A DNA stretch of 34,222 nucleotides from a virus (lineage: Duplodnaviria; Heunggongvirae; Uroviricota; Caudoviricetes), in IMG/VR virus record IMGVR_UViG_3300023179_000049. One strand, given 5' to 3'. Under the pieces are notes generated by a model, which was given only the letters and a program-made list of their open reading frames with translations, was not told the DNA's origin and did not search any database. Shown piece by piece: positions 25,381 to 34,222 of the stretch; within the stretch, counting starts at the first letter, position 1, and every line of letters starts with the position of its first letter. A program made the position numbers and the translations under genes.

Positions 25381-28300
25381 TTACATAAGTGAAACTTTAG
25401 AAAATCCTTGCTCCTTTTTAATATCAATAAAATGTTCTACCATATCTCTCATAACATCTATATGAGATATAATCATCATAAAATCAAATTGTGTCTTAAG
25501 ATAATTAAACAGTAAGTATACTTGATTCATATTCTCAGAGTCTAATTGAGTAAACCCTTCATCAATAGCAATAAAATTTGGCTTAGGTAAATTAGTGATA
25601 CTAATTAACGAATTTCTTATTGCTAATGAACTAATAAATCTTTCCATTCCAGATGTTAATTCTAATGGCCAATAATTGTCATCGTCATAAACAATATATG
25701 CATTAATATTTTTTTCATCTGTTTGAAGCATAATATTAAAATCTACTAATTGCCCTAATACATTATTAATTTCCGTTTCAATTTGAGGCATTACCTTACA
25801 AATTAAATCATATGGAATTCCGTTACGATTCGTTGCAGATAAATATAATTCATAAAATTTATACTCACGTTCTAATGATCTAAGTTTTTCAATACTATTT
25901 AAAACATTAGTTTTATTTTGTTTTTGTAATTCAATGCCAGTTATTAATTTAGACATTTGAGAATTAATAATACTTAGTTCAGATTTATATTGACCTAACT
26001 CTTCTTTAATACGATTAATTTCTCCCGTAAACGATAAGTTATATTCAATAGCTTCTTTATTTTCATTATACTTTGCAATGCTATCAACAGATTCTTTCTT
26101 TAAACTTTCCGCCGCTGCATATCCAACTTTCTTTTGACTTGAAGTTAATTCTAAAGAAGATTTTTTATTTTTAATTTCTTGAATTTCTATCTTAATATCA
26201 TTAACTTCTAAACTTTGAAGAGTATATTGTTCTAAACCATTTATTGCAGTTTCAAGAGATTCTTGTTTCTTTAATAAATCTTTAATTTCATTTTCATGAA
26301 AAGACAACGTTTCTTTAGTTTGAATAGCATCTTTTACAAATACATTATTCATACAAAATGTACAATTTTGGTCATATTCTAAATCTTCTAGTTTTTTCAT
26401 TTTGTCTAGAATATGAGAATGTTGTACTTCTTTAACTTTTATATCAGATAGCAATTTTTTATGTTGCTCGTCATACAATTTTAATTGATTTAAAGCGCCT
26501 TCAATCTCATCCATATTAAAAGTATTTAGTTTATCTATTAAAGGCTGTATACGTTCATCTAAATAGCTAATTTCATTAGATATATCGGTTATCTCAGATA
26601 AAAGTTTTTCAGATCTTTGGTTTGCTACATCTAAATTAGTTTGCAGTTTATTTAAGTCATAACTTACACCTGATAATGGAATAATTTGTTGAGCAATATC
26701 TAATAAAGAAGCTTCATTCTTTGTTATACTTTCTTCTAATATTAAACGTTTACCATCTAATTCTTTATGAGATTTTTCATTTTCTTTTATAATAGAATCT
26801 GCTTCAGAAATACGACCACCAAAGTCTTGTTTTTGTAAATCTTTTAAAAGAGCATGTACATCTTTAATTTCTTCTGCTGCAATTTTTTGTAAATCATCAA
26901 AAATATTAATATCCAAAAATTGTGATAATAAATCTTTACGTTCTTTTTGAGTCATTTCAATAAAGCCAGTATTGTTATTTTGAGCAATTACTGAAGTTAA
27001 AATAAAATCTTTATATGTCCCTAAGTATGTTCTAATAATAGCATTTGTTTCATCACGCTCTTGACCGTTTAATGAAACTACTTGACCTGCATCATCTAAT
27101 GTATAAAAACTAACAGTTACTCTAACATGCCCTGATTTTTGTTTTACTCCGGAACGTTCAATAAAGTATTTTTTATTGTTAATTTCTATTTCTAATTTAC
27201 AAGAAAATGAATCTTTTTTATTATTTAAAACATAAGCTGCTTTATCTGTTTTTGTAGATTTATCAAAAATGCAATATAATAATGAATCTAATAATGAACT
27301 TTTACCACTTCTGTTAGAAGCAAATAATCCATAAATTCCATTCATTTGACTAAAATCTATAACATTATTTTCTCCGTAACTAAACATGTTTGAAAATTCA
27401 AATTTCATAAGATTATATGTTATATTTTTAGGAATATCTGCACTTTGTAGTTTAGAGTTAATTATCCTGTTAATATGACGTACGCCATCTAAAATTTCAT
27501 CTTCATCAATATCTAAACGATTTGTTAAATAATCTGTTAGTATTGTATTTTGATATTCTACATCTCTAACATTACCTAAAGATATTTTTGTTGTATTGGA
27601 ATTGTCTTTATGAAAATCTTTTACTTTTTGTGTTACGATATCTTGAACATTATATTTAGATTTTAAATCTGCTATAATTGTTTTTATTTGAGAAGATGTT
27701 GTATTTTGAATTTTTAATTTAATTCTAGGTTTTTTTGGAAATTTTGCTGGGTATGATGTTATAATACCATTACTAACTTCTAAAGTAACATACCCATAAT
27801 CATTTTCTACTTCTATAAATTTAGATTGAGCTGTATTAACATCCCAAACCATTAATCCATGAAAATCTAAAGTCTCTCCAAAATTTTGTTGAATAAGACT
27901 AGAAGCGTATGCAATAGTTTTATTAGAATCTAAGTATTGAAATTTATGTATATCTCCTAATAATGTAATTCTGTGGTTTGCAAATGTTTCTGTATTTACA
28001 TGATCGTTTGTTAATTGAAATCCAACGGCTGTTGAAGCTTGATTTACTGCACCATGATGAAGAGCAATTTTAATTTTATCATTTGGTATATCTATTCCTT
28101 TAATAAATGTTGCTGGTCTATCAGCTACACCCATTACATTAAAATAAACATTACCTAATTCATAAACACCGGTATTTTTTAAATAAAATAAATTAGAATG
28201 ATTAAGAGCATTAATAATAGGCTCTAATGCATCTAATCTAGTTTTATTGTTTAAATTCATATCATGATTACCAGTAATTACAATTGTATCTGTAATATCT

Positions 28301-28557
28301 GCTAAAGACCTAAAAAAATCTTGAATCATATTTATTTGCTCAGGCGACATATCTGTCTTAGAATGAGCTATATCTCCGGCTACATAAATAATTGTATTTG
28401 GATTATTAGATTTAAAGTTTTTACAATAATCATATAATCTAGAAAATACTGTACGATATTCTTCATGTCGCTTTTGTAAACGAATATGAATATCTGCAAT
28501 ATGAATAATATATTGAATATTAGTTATTTTATTATTTATTTTATGAATTTTAATCAT
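25381..28557 (-). CDS. Fused SbcD/Mre11 nuclease and SbcC/Rad50 ATPase (T4 gp47-gp46-like)
   Basis: Phosphoesterase motifs HIADIH, AGDIAH, GNHD, LHHG, LGDIH; Walker A SNRSGKSS; CTFC zinc hook within the coiled-coil; LTSGMERF signature; IAIDEGF; ISH. Confidence 0.9.
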   Translation of the reverse strand: MIKIHKINNKITNIQYIIHIADIHIRLQKRHEEYRTVFSRLYDYCKNFKSNNPNTIIYVAGDIAHSKTDMSPEQINMIQDFFRSLADITDTIVITGNHDMNLNNKTRLDALEPIINALNHSNLFYLKNTGVYELGNVYFNVMGVADRPATFIKGIDIPNDKIKIALHHGAVNQASTAVGFQLTNDHVNTETFANHRITLLGDIHKFQYLDSNKTIAYASSLIQQNFGETLDFHGLMVWDVNTAQSKFIEVENDYGYVTLEVSNGIITSYPAKFPKKPRIKLKIQNTTSSQIKTIIADLKSKYNVQDIVTQKVKDFHKDNSNTTKISLGNVRDVEYQNTILTDYLTNRLDIDEDEILDGVRHINRIINSKLQSADIPKNITYNLMKFEFSNMFSYGENNVIDFSQMNGIYGLFASNRSGKSSLLDSLLYCIFDKSTKTDKAAYVLNNKKDSFSCKLEIEINNKKYFIERSGVKQKSGHVRVTVSFYTLDDAGQVVSLNGQERDETNAIIRTYLGTYKDFILTSVIAQNNNTGFIEMTQKERKDLLSQFLDINIFDDLQKIAAEEIKDVHALLKDLQKQDFGGRISEADSIIKENEKSHKELDGKRLILEESITKNEASLLDIAQQIIPLSGVSYDLNKLQTNLDVANQRSEKLLSEITDISNEISYLDERIQPLIDKLNTFNMDEIEGALNQLKLYDEQHKKLLSDIKVKEVQHSHILDKMKKLEDLEYDQNCTFCMNNVFVKDAIQTKETLSFHENEIKDLLKKQESLETAINGLEQYTLQSLEVNDIKIEIQEIKNKKSSLELTSSQKKVGYAAAESLKKESVDSIAKYNENKEAIEYNLSFTGEINRIKEELGQYKSELSIINSQMSKLITGIELQKQNKTNVLNSIEKLRSLEREYKFYELYLSATNRNGIPYDLICKVMPQIETEINNVLGQLVDFNIMLQTDEKNINAYIVYDDDNYWPLELTSGMERFISSLAIRNSLISITNLPKPNFIAIDEGFTQLDSENMNQVYLLFNYLKTQFDFMMIISHIDVMRDMVEHFIDIKKEQGFSKVSLM

Positions 28558-28561
28558 ATAT

Positions 28562-29362
28562 TTAATTTTTTATAGTTTTAGATAAGATAAATGTAAACCC
28601 TTTATATATACCATACTTTTTTATATATGGTATATCAGCTACCAAATTTGAAGTTTTACATTTTAACTCTTTAGTTGTATGTGCTTTACATAAAAACTTT
28701 TTATATAAAACATTATTTGTATCATATACATAGACAAATCCATCCCAACTCGGGTTGTTAATTAATTTACGATATTTTATATCCGTATTATTTGCGGATA
28801 TGCTCATCTTAATCTTTGTTTGTTTCGTACGTTTAAGACCCGTACGTGCTATGCTACCTTTAAGTATATGTTCTGGCGATTGTATTCTAGACCTAAACTC
28901 CCATGCTTGTTTAAATGCTTCTTTTTCTTTTTTAGTTTTTGGTCTTGAATTAGAAATACTAACTGACTTTAAAGAATTTGATATTTCTTTCGTTAACCCC
29001 TTATTCCATGGGATAGAATTTTTAAATCTATCTGATATAATTAATTGTTGTTCTTGCCTTATAAGGTTATATATTCGCGAGGAAATTTTATGCGTTCTAT
29101 TAGTATTTTTTATACAGTTCATTCGCCAGAAAGCATTAGTCATCTTTCTGTTATATATTGTACTTTTATATATTACATACAAAAGGTAATGGGCTATATA
29201 GTGTTCTTTTGCAGTTAACAATACTAAATTTTCTTTTTTATTTGAGCCGCCTAGAGATCTAGGAATAATATGGTGCATTTCATAATATATACCATCCCCT
29301 TTATGTCGAATTAAACTCTTTCTAGATTCTATTAATTGATCATATATTTTTTTATAATCCAT
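28562..29362 (-). mobile_element. Free-standing HNH homing endonuclease (T4 MobE-like)
   Basis: MDYKKIYDQLI...HHIIPRSLGGSNKKENLVLLTAKEHYIAH; NUMOD-like PWNKG; start overlaps the primase end by 11 nt. Confidence 0.85.
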
Positions 29363-30305
29363 ATAAAATTTTACGTTTTAATAATTCTCCATATGTTAAT
29401 AATGTAGATTGTTTAATTAATTCTATCATTCGTATAAATCCAATTTCGCTTGGGTCTTTACCATCTAATTCTACAATATAAACATTAATACCTTCATCTA
29501 AAAATGTTTTAGCAATTTGTAGTGTTTGTTTAAGAGCATCTAAGTCTAGCGCTAGATATATATCCGTTACACGTTTTTCAATTAAGCGTTTACGCAATTC
29601 ATCTGATATTGTTTTTCCTAATAAGGGAATTGCATTTCTCTTAATTGTTATCGCATCAAACATCCCCTCACATATAATTATAGGTAATGCCCAATTTATA
29701 TACAATTCCATTGGAACTATATCTTTACTTACATTTGGATTTTTATGTTTAAAGTTAGACCCGTAAAAATCTCGACCAACAAAGAAATTTAAACTTCCGG
29801 ATAAATTATAACTAGGAATAATAATTTTATGTCTGTATTGTCCTGTTTCGCAAAATCCTAGATGATATTTTATAATATCAAAATTTGTAAATCCACGATC
29901 TTCTCTTAAATATTTTAAAGCATTTCTATAATCTGGAGTATTATCTGCTTCTAAAAAAGACTTATATTCAGTTGGTAATGATAAATGGGTTGATGTATAG
30001 TTTGAATATTCCGTAAATAAACTATTAATATCTTTAGTAACAACTCCTAATGCCTTATTTAGTTCTACAATTTTATCGTAACCAGCATTTAATTGTTTAT
30101 AAAGATTAACTAATTTTTTTCCCTTTTTTTGACATACCCAACAATTCCAAGGATTTTCTCCTTTAGAATTAATAATCATTTGTACTTCTAATTTACGTTT
30201 ATGATGGTTACAAAATGGACAGTGATATGCTACGTTACCATTAGAGGTTTTTCTACCTTTACCTAATATTGACTCTACAGAAGAAACTAATTTAGTATTA
30301 TCCAT
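29352..30305 (-). CDS. DNA primase (DnaG/gp61-like)
   Basis: Zn finger CPFCNH...CWVC; TOPRIM motifs ICEGMFDA and LDLDA; KDPSE. Confidence 0.9.
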   Translation of the reverse strand: MDNTKLVSSVESILGKGRKTSNGNVAYHCPFCNHHKRKLEVQMIINSKGENPWNCWVCQKKGKKLVNLYKQLNAGYDKIVELNKALGVVTKDINSLFTEYSNYTSTHLSLPTEYKSFLEADNTPDYRNALKYLREDRGFTNFDIIKYHLGFCETGQYRHKIIIPSYNLSGSLNFFVGRDFYGSNFKHKNPNVSKDIVPMELYINWALPIIICEGMFDAITIKRNAIPLLGKTISDELRKRLIEKRVTDIYLALDLDALKQTLQIAKTFLDEGINVYIVELDGKDPSEIGFIRMIELIKQSTLLTYGELLKRKILYGL

Positions 30306-30329
30306 CTAAGATAATATAATAAAAATTTT

Positions 30330-30746
30330 CTATTCTTCTAGCCATTTGGTAGGAATTTCTTTAGCTGCCCAAAGATATCCATGTTTATCTGCCCAATCTG
30401 CGTAGGTAGTTTTAGATGTTTTAATGATTTTGTTGTTTGGAGTTTGAAATAAAAGACGTATATCTAATTCTGGGTTAGCTTCTTTTACTAACTTCATCTT
30501 TTTTCTATCTGACGTGGTAAATCTACCTTTTGTTTCAATATACATTTTACTTCCGTCTTTTTTTATTAAGATAAAATCAGGAGTATATGTTGCTATTCTT
30601 TCTGGTACAGTATATTTTAATTTTTCGGATTCATAACTCCAAGTTTTTCCTGTGAACTTAAGTTGCTCTGATATTTGATCTTCTAATCCAGAACGATACC
30701 CATGTTTACGAGCTAATGCTCTTATTGAAAATTTCTTTTTTGCCAT
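30330..30746 (-). CDS. Holliday junction resolvase, T7 endonuclease I family
   Basis: YRSGLEDQIS, YTPDF, IETKGRF...DRKK, DIRLLFQ, TTYADWADKHG. Confidence 0.87.
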   Translation of the reverse strand: MAKKKFSIRALARKHGYRSGLEDQISEQLKFTGKTWSYESEKLKYTVPERIATYTPDFILIKKDGSKMYIETKGRFTTSDRKKMKLVKEANPELDIRLLFQTPNNKIIKTSKTTYADWADKHGYLWAAKEIPTKWLEE

Positions 30747-30762
30747 AACTTATATTTTATTT

Positions 30763-32259
30763 TTATGATCTATCAAATCTTACTTCAAAGTTTAGATCAA
30801 TGTCGTTTCTTTTTGGTATTGGTGATCCTAATTTTGCAACTGCTACTAAATTATAATTTATATCATATAATCCAATTGTTGTTATATATGGATTAAAATC
30901 AGACCCAGTTGCGAATGAAAGAAGTGACCCTGTAGAATCATATAATGAAGGATTGGTACTTGTATTAAAATCATTCATAGGAACATTGATATAGTATTTT
31001 GATTGTTCTATATCTAAACTACTTTTATATGATAAAGTAAAGTCTTTTGTGAATGATGATGAAATTAATTCGTTTTGATAAGGAGAATAAACTGTCATTC
31101 CTTGATCATAAAATATATTTCCAACTTTATTAGTTTGAAGCGCTGAATAATCTGTGTCAGTTATTGTAGATAATGATGTAATTTCACTTTGAGTTAGTGC
31201 TTTACTATAAAATCTTACTTCATCTAAACTTCCACTAAATGGTGTTATACCTGCTGTATTTGCTGCTCCTAAATATATACTACTTTTGTTTGATACTTTT
31301 TCTTTTGTTGTATCAGTTCCAAAATTTAATAAACTTCCATTTTTATATATTTGTAAAACACTTCCGGTTTTTTGACAAACAATATGGTGTTGAGTATTTG
31401 TATTTATTGAACCAGATGATATGGTAATTGTTAAATTGCTATCCGATCGTTTAAAATTAATAGATGCACTAGTATAAAATATATCAAATGGATATGCTTG
31501 TAATAATGTATTATTTAACCATTTTTTAGATATAATTGATTGTGTAGTTGCGGTTGATGATGGATTAATCCAAAATGATATTGCAAAGTCATTATCAAAA
31601 GTATTAAACCAATTATCTAAATTATCTACAACTTGTATATATGATGAAGACCCGTTAAAATTAGCTTGATATCCATGAGTGTAATTACTACTACTAATAC
31701 CCGTAGTATAACTTATATCTTTAGAGTAATAGTTATCTGGAATATAACTAGAATCAAATCCATTATTAAATCCTAGATAAATAATGCTATTTGATGCAAA
31801 GCTTGATGTGTTAATTCTAGTATCTATTAATTCGTAATTACCATTATCTTGTAAAGTAATTGTTTCATTAGCTTTTCCAGTAACTGTTAAAGATAAACTA
31901 CCAGGTTTTATTTCATAGCCTGTTTTAATTCTCGGAACAGAATATGTTACTAATTCTTTATTTAAATTTCTAATAAAACTTCCTATAGGATAACTAACAT
32001 ATCCAAAGTTTGGATAATAAGAATAGTATAAATGATTAATACCTATATATGTATTTTTCATATAACTTCCGTCAGAATTTTGAAGTTCTCCGATTGCAGA
32101 TGATGCACTTATAGTTACGTAGTTATTTGAATAAATGCCACGCAAATATTTAAATCTTGAGTCAGTAAAAGATTGAGATGTAAAATTCCAGTTCTTATGA
32201 GCAGTATATGTAGTTACATTTGAATCTTGTATTGAACTTATTATTTTATATTCTGCCAT
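30763..32259 (-). CDS. Virion protein with a LamG/concanavalin-like domain (baseplate/tail)
   Basis: FAISFWINP, HHIVCQK, IYKNG, FSGSLDEVRFYSKAL; C-terminal YITTIGLYD...VAVAKL. Confidence 0.72.
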   Translation of the reverse strand: MAEYKIISSIQDSNVTTYTAHKNWNFTSQSFTDSRFKYLRGIYSNNYVTISASSAIGELQNSDGSYMKNTYIGINHLYYSYYPNFGYVSYPIGSFIRNLNKELVTYSVPRIKTGYEIKPGSLSLTVTGKANETITLQDNGNYELIDTRINTSSFASNSIIYLGFNNGFDSSYIPDNYYSKDISYTTGISSSNYTHGYQANFNGSSSYIQVVDNLDNWFNTFDNDFAISFWINPSSTATTQSIISKKWLNNTLLQAYPFDIFYTSASINFKRSDSNLTITISSGSINTNTQHHIVCQKTGSVLQIYKNGSLLNFGTDTTKEKVSNKSSIYLGAANTAGITPFSGSLDEVRFYSKALTQSEITSLSTITDTDYSALQTNKVGNIFYDQGMTVYSPYQNELISSSFTKDFTLSYKSSLDIEQSKYYINVPMNDFNTSTNPSLYDSTGSLLSFATGSDFNPYITTIGLYDINYNLVAVAKLGSPIPKRNDIDLNFEVRFDRS

Positions 32260-32275
32260 TAACTTTTACCTTTAT

Positions 32276-32285
32276 TATAAATATC
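32276..32285 (-). promoter_or_regulatory. Putative promoter motif (GATATTTATA)
   Basis: 16 nt upstream of the 32259 start, just after a terminator. Confidence 0.5.
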
Positions 32286-32305
32286 GATAAGATAATATAT
32301 TCAGT

Positions 32306-32330
32306 AAAAAAGCTCCAATAAAGGAGCTTT
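32306..32330 (-). terminator. Intrinsic terminator
   Basis: AAAGCUCC-UUUAUU-GGAGCUUU stem running into a U run. Confidence 0.75.
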
Positions 32331-32341
32331 CTTCGTATTTC

Positions 32342-33454
32342 TTAGAAATCTAACTTAACTTTAATTAATAATTCTTTATCAAAAGATTTTTGTAAAGGTC
32401 TGCTCAATTTTGCTACAGCAACTAAATTATAATTTGTATCATACAATCCAACTGAGGTAATATAAACTACGGGCTTACCTTCAAATGCTTGAATAATTGT
32501 ACCCGGGATGCCATTTGAAGATGTTACAAAAGAAGGATTTGTTGAAAAATTATATTCATGCCATTTTGCTCTTACAAATACTATTTGTGATTTAATAGAT
32601 TCTTGGTTTCTAGCGGTAAATCCGTTCGCTGCGCTAATTGCAGCCGCTCCTGAAATAGATGTATATAATTTCCAAGCATTATCTCCGCCTGGTACTGGAG
32701 ATGAACCAGTTACTGTATAAGAAGCTGTTACTGTATTAAATGAAAGTTGAGAATTTAACATATCTCCATTTAATACTAATAATCCTAAATCTGGGTAAAC
32801 TAAACCATATGCTGATGCTGAATTTATACTTCCACCAAATATACCATTATTTACTGAGCCAGATACTATATTGTATACTTTACCACCATTTCCAGAAGTT
32901 AATGTAGATGATGTATTACTGTCATCAATTAAATTAATTACTTTATTTGAACTAGATACTTGAACATTACTTCCGGTATATGCTGCATTAGCAAAGCTTC
33001 TTCCATTTAATTCTGCTAAATTTAGTTGCCATGTACCTGCATTTAATCTTTCTTTTAATCTTGCTCTGTTAACGGCAATTACATAAATGTTATTAGAATT
33101 AACTCCTCCATAAAATGTAAATTGTGTATCTGTAGGAGATAATAAAATATTTTTATATTGTGAATAAATAGCTCTTGTAGGAGAATCATTTAATGATCCG
33201 CCTCCAGAATAACTTCCACTTCCTAATCTATTTCCGTATGTAACTGCAAATTGCCCACTTGCACTAGTACTAGTATCACTAACAACATCATAATAATATT
33301 GTTTTTGTGTAGAAGTCATTAATGAGCTAGTATAATATGTAGTTAATGTACCTACATTATTTGCCCATAATGGTGATGTAACTATCTGACCAGCAGTATT
33401 AGTTACTATATCATCTGGTGTATTTAATGGTGTAAATGTTTGATTTATATTCAT
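32342..33454 (-). CDS. Virion structural protein (baseplate/tail), paralogous C-terminus with 30763..32259
   Basis: S/T/G/N-rich; ends YITSVGLYDTNYNLVAVAKLSRP...KLDF. Confidence 0.65.
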   Translation of the reverse strand: MNINQTFTPLNTPDDIVTNTAGQIVTSPLWANNVGTLTTYYTSSLMTSTQKQYYYDVVSDTSTSASGQFAVTYGNRLGSGSYSGGGSLNDSPTRAIYSQYKNILLSPTDTQFTFYGGVNSNNIYVIAVNRARLKERLNAGTWQLNLAELNGRSFANAAYTGSNVQVSSSNKVINLIDDSNTSSTLTSGNGGKVYNIVSGSVNNGIFGGSINSASAYGLVYPDLGLLVLNGDMLNSQLSFNTVTASYTVTGSSPVPGGDNAWKLYTSISGAAAISAANGFTARNQESIKSQIVFVRAKWHEYNFSTNPSFVTSSNGIPGTIIQAFEGKPVVYITSVGLYDTNYNLVAVAKLSRPLQKSFDKELLIKVKLDF

Positions 33455-33466
33455 TTATATTTTTAA

Positions 33467-34138
33467 TTATGCCCCTTGAGTTGCTACTGTATAAGTTATA
33501 GTTACTGGTACTGATGACCTTCCTCCCACTTCATTACCCTCAACAATTATTTGGGTATTAACTGTTGTAGTACTTGTATATGCTATCTGTTTTACTGAAA
33601 AAACAAAACTTATTCCTGTTGATGTCTCAATATTTAGGTTAGAAATAGATACTTGTGAGTCTCCAATTGCTGACCCTACAATAGTTTGTTTCGATGATGC
33701 CTTAGTAACACTGTCTAGTTTAAGATATCTGTTATCGTATGAAACATTATAACCTAATGTATTATTATTAGCACCATTAGACACACCTGGTGTAAGAGTA
33801 AATTGTTTATTTCCTAAATTATTTAAAATTGCAGGTGGTATATTAGTAATAGATGCTAAAATTTTAGTATCTTTTGCTAACGTTATTAATTTACTTTTTA
33901 AATTCTGCTCCGGAATTGGAGAAGCTTCTAATACTGGCATATTCTCTATAATAATACCATAATAATCACTTCCTAATGTATTAACCGGATTCCATAAATC
34001 ATAATCTACTTCATCATCTCCTAATGCAAAGTATTTAATATCTAAACCGTTAGTATTACCGCCTTTTGATAATAATTCACGGCCTTTTGTAGTTAATATT
34101 GCGTCTACAGTTACGCTAGCATTATTTAAATATCCCAT
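33467..34138 (-). CDS. Virion structural protein (baseplate/tail-associated, hypothetical)
   Basis: MGYLNNASVTVDAILTTKGRELL...FALGDDEVDY; the LTxxGR...FALGD pattern recalls tail-collar/baseplate attachment domains. Confidence 0.6.
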   Translation of the reverse strand: MGYLNNASVTVDAILTTKGRELLSKGGNTNGLDIKYFALGDDEVDYDLWNPVNTLGSDYYGIIIENMPVLEASPIPEQNLKSKLITLAKDTKILASITNIPPAILNNLGNKQFTLTPGVSNGANNNTLGYNVSYDNRYLKLDSVTKASSKQTIVGSAIGDSQVSISNLNIETSTGISFVFSVKQIAYTSTTTVNTQIIVEGNEVGGRSSVPVTITYTVATQGA

Positions 34139-34222
34139 AATGTGTTATCTTCTTATTTTAAATAATTATATGTTAAGATTAATTTTTTATACAATATTAA
34201 ATATATATCATTAACCTCCACC

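Noticed and set aside
14905-30305. Inteins in portal, terminase, SbcCD or primase
   Set aside because: Motif spacing is ordinary, and no LAGLIDADG or His-Asn/Cys-Ser-Thr splice junction was seen.
155-32720. Plus-strand ORFs in the track (155..340, 4889..5080, 7014..7205, 9795..10112, 11063..11263, 11306..11587, 12256..12588, 18232..18423, 28755..29189, 31239..31427, 32508..32720)
   Set aside because: All lie antisense to well-supported minus-strand genes, are rich in F/L/I/S as expected for shadow frames, and show no motifs.
1-34222. Stop-codon reassignment as in some large phages
   Set aside because: Core genes translate uninterrupted with the standard code and pack tightly; TAG and TGA both appear as real stops.
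1-34222. tRNA/rRNA genes, integrase or transposase
   Set aside because: Intergenic gaps are short and show no cloverleaf or CCA pattern; no recombinase motifs were seen.

Overview
A 34 kb segment of a large, very AT-rich (roughly 25-30% GC by eye) T4-like dsDNA phage genome. All credible genes lie on the minus strand. Read right to left it holds three probable baseplate/tail proteins, a T7-endonuclease-I-like resolvase, DnaG-type primase, a MobE-like HNH homing endonuclease and a single-chain SbcD-SbcC (gp47-gp46) fusion. Next come a large virion protein, a cytidyltransferase fused to a ligase-like domain, a Seg-like GIY-YIG homing endonuclease and two membrane proteins. The head module follows (TerL, portal, several core-type proteins, gp21 protease, scaffold, gp23 capsid), then PhoH, fibre-like proteins and gp13/gp14/gp15-like neck proteins. 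A Bacteroidota host is inferred from the general lack of Shine-Dalgarno motifs and a signal peptide followed by Gln. The most interesting signal is a probable protease-processed head-cargo system: many proteins carry (L/I)xE sites, two share a C-terminal FKxLAGxK tail and dockerin-like loops, and the two-enzyme protein has a basic linker bracketed by such sites. Also notable are a recoded 5' gene duplication around the GIY-YIG gene and twin hairpins in the scaffold leader. All family assignments come from motif recognition by eye; no database searches were run.
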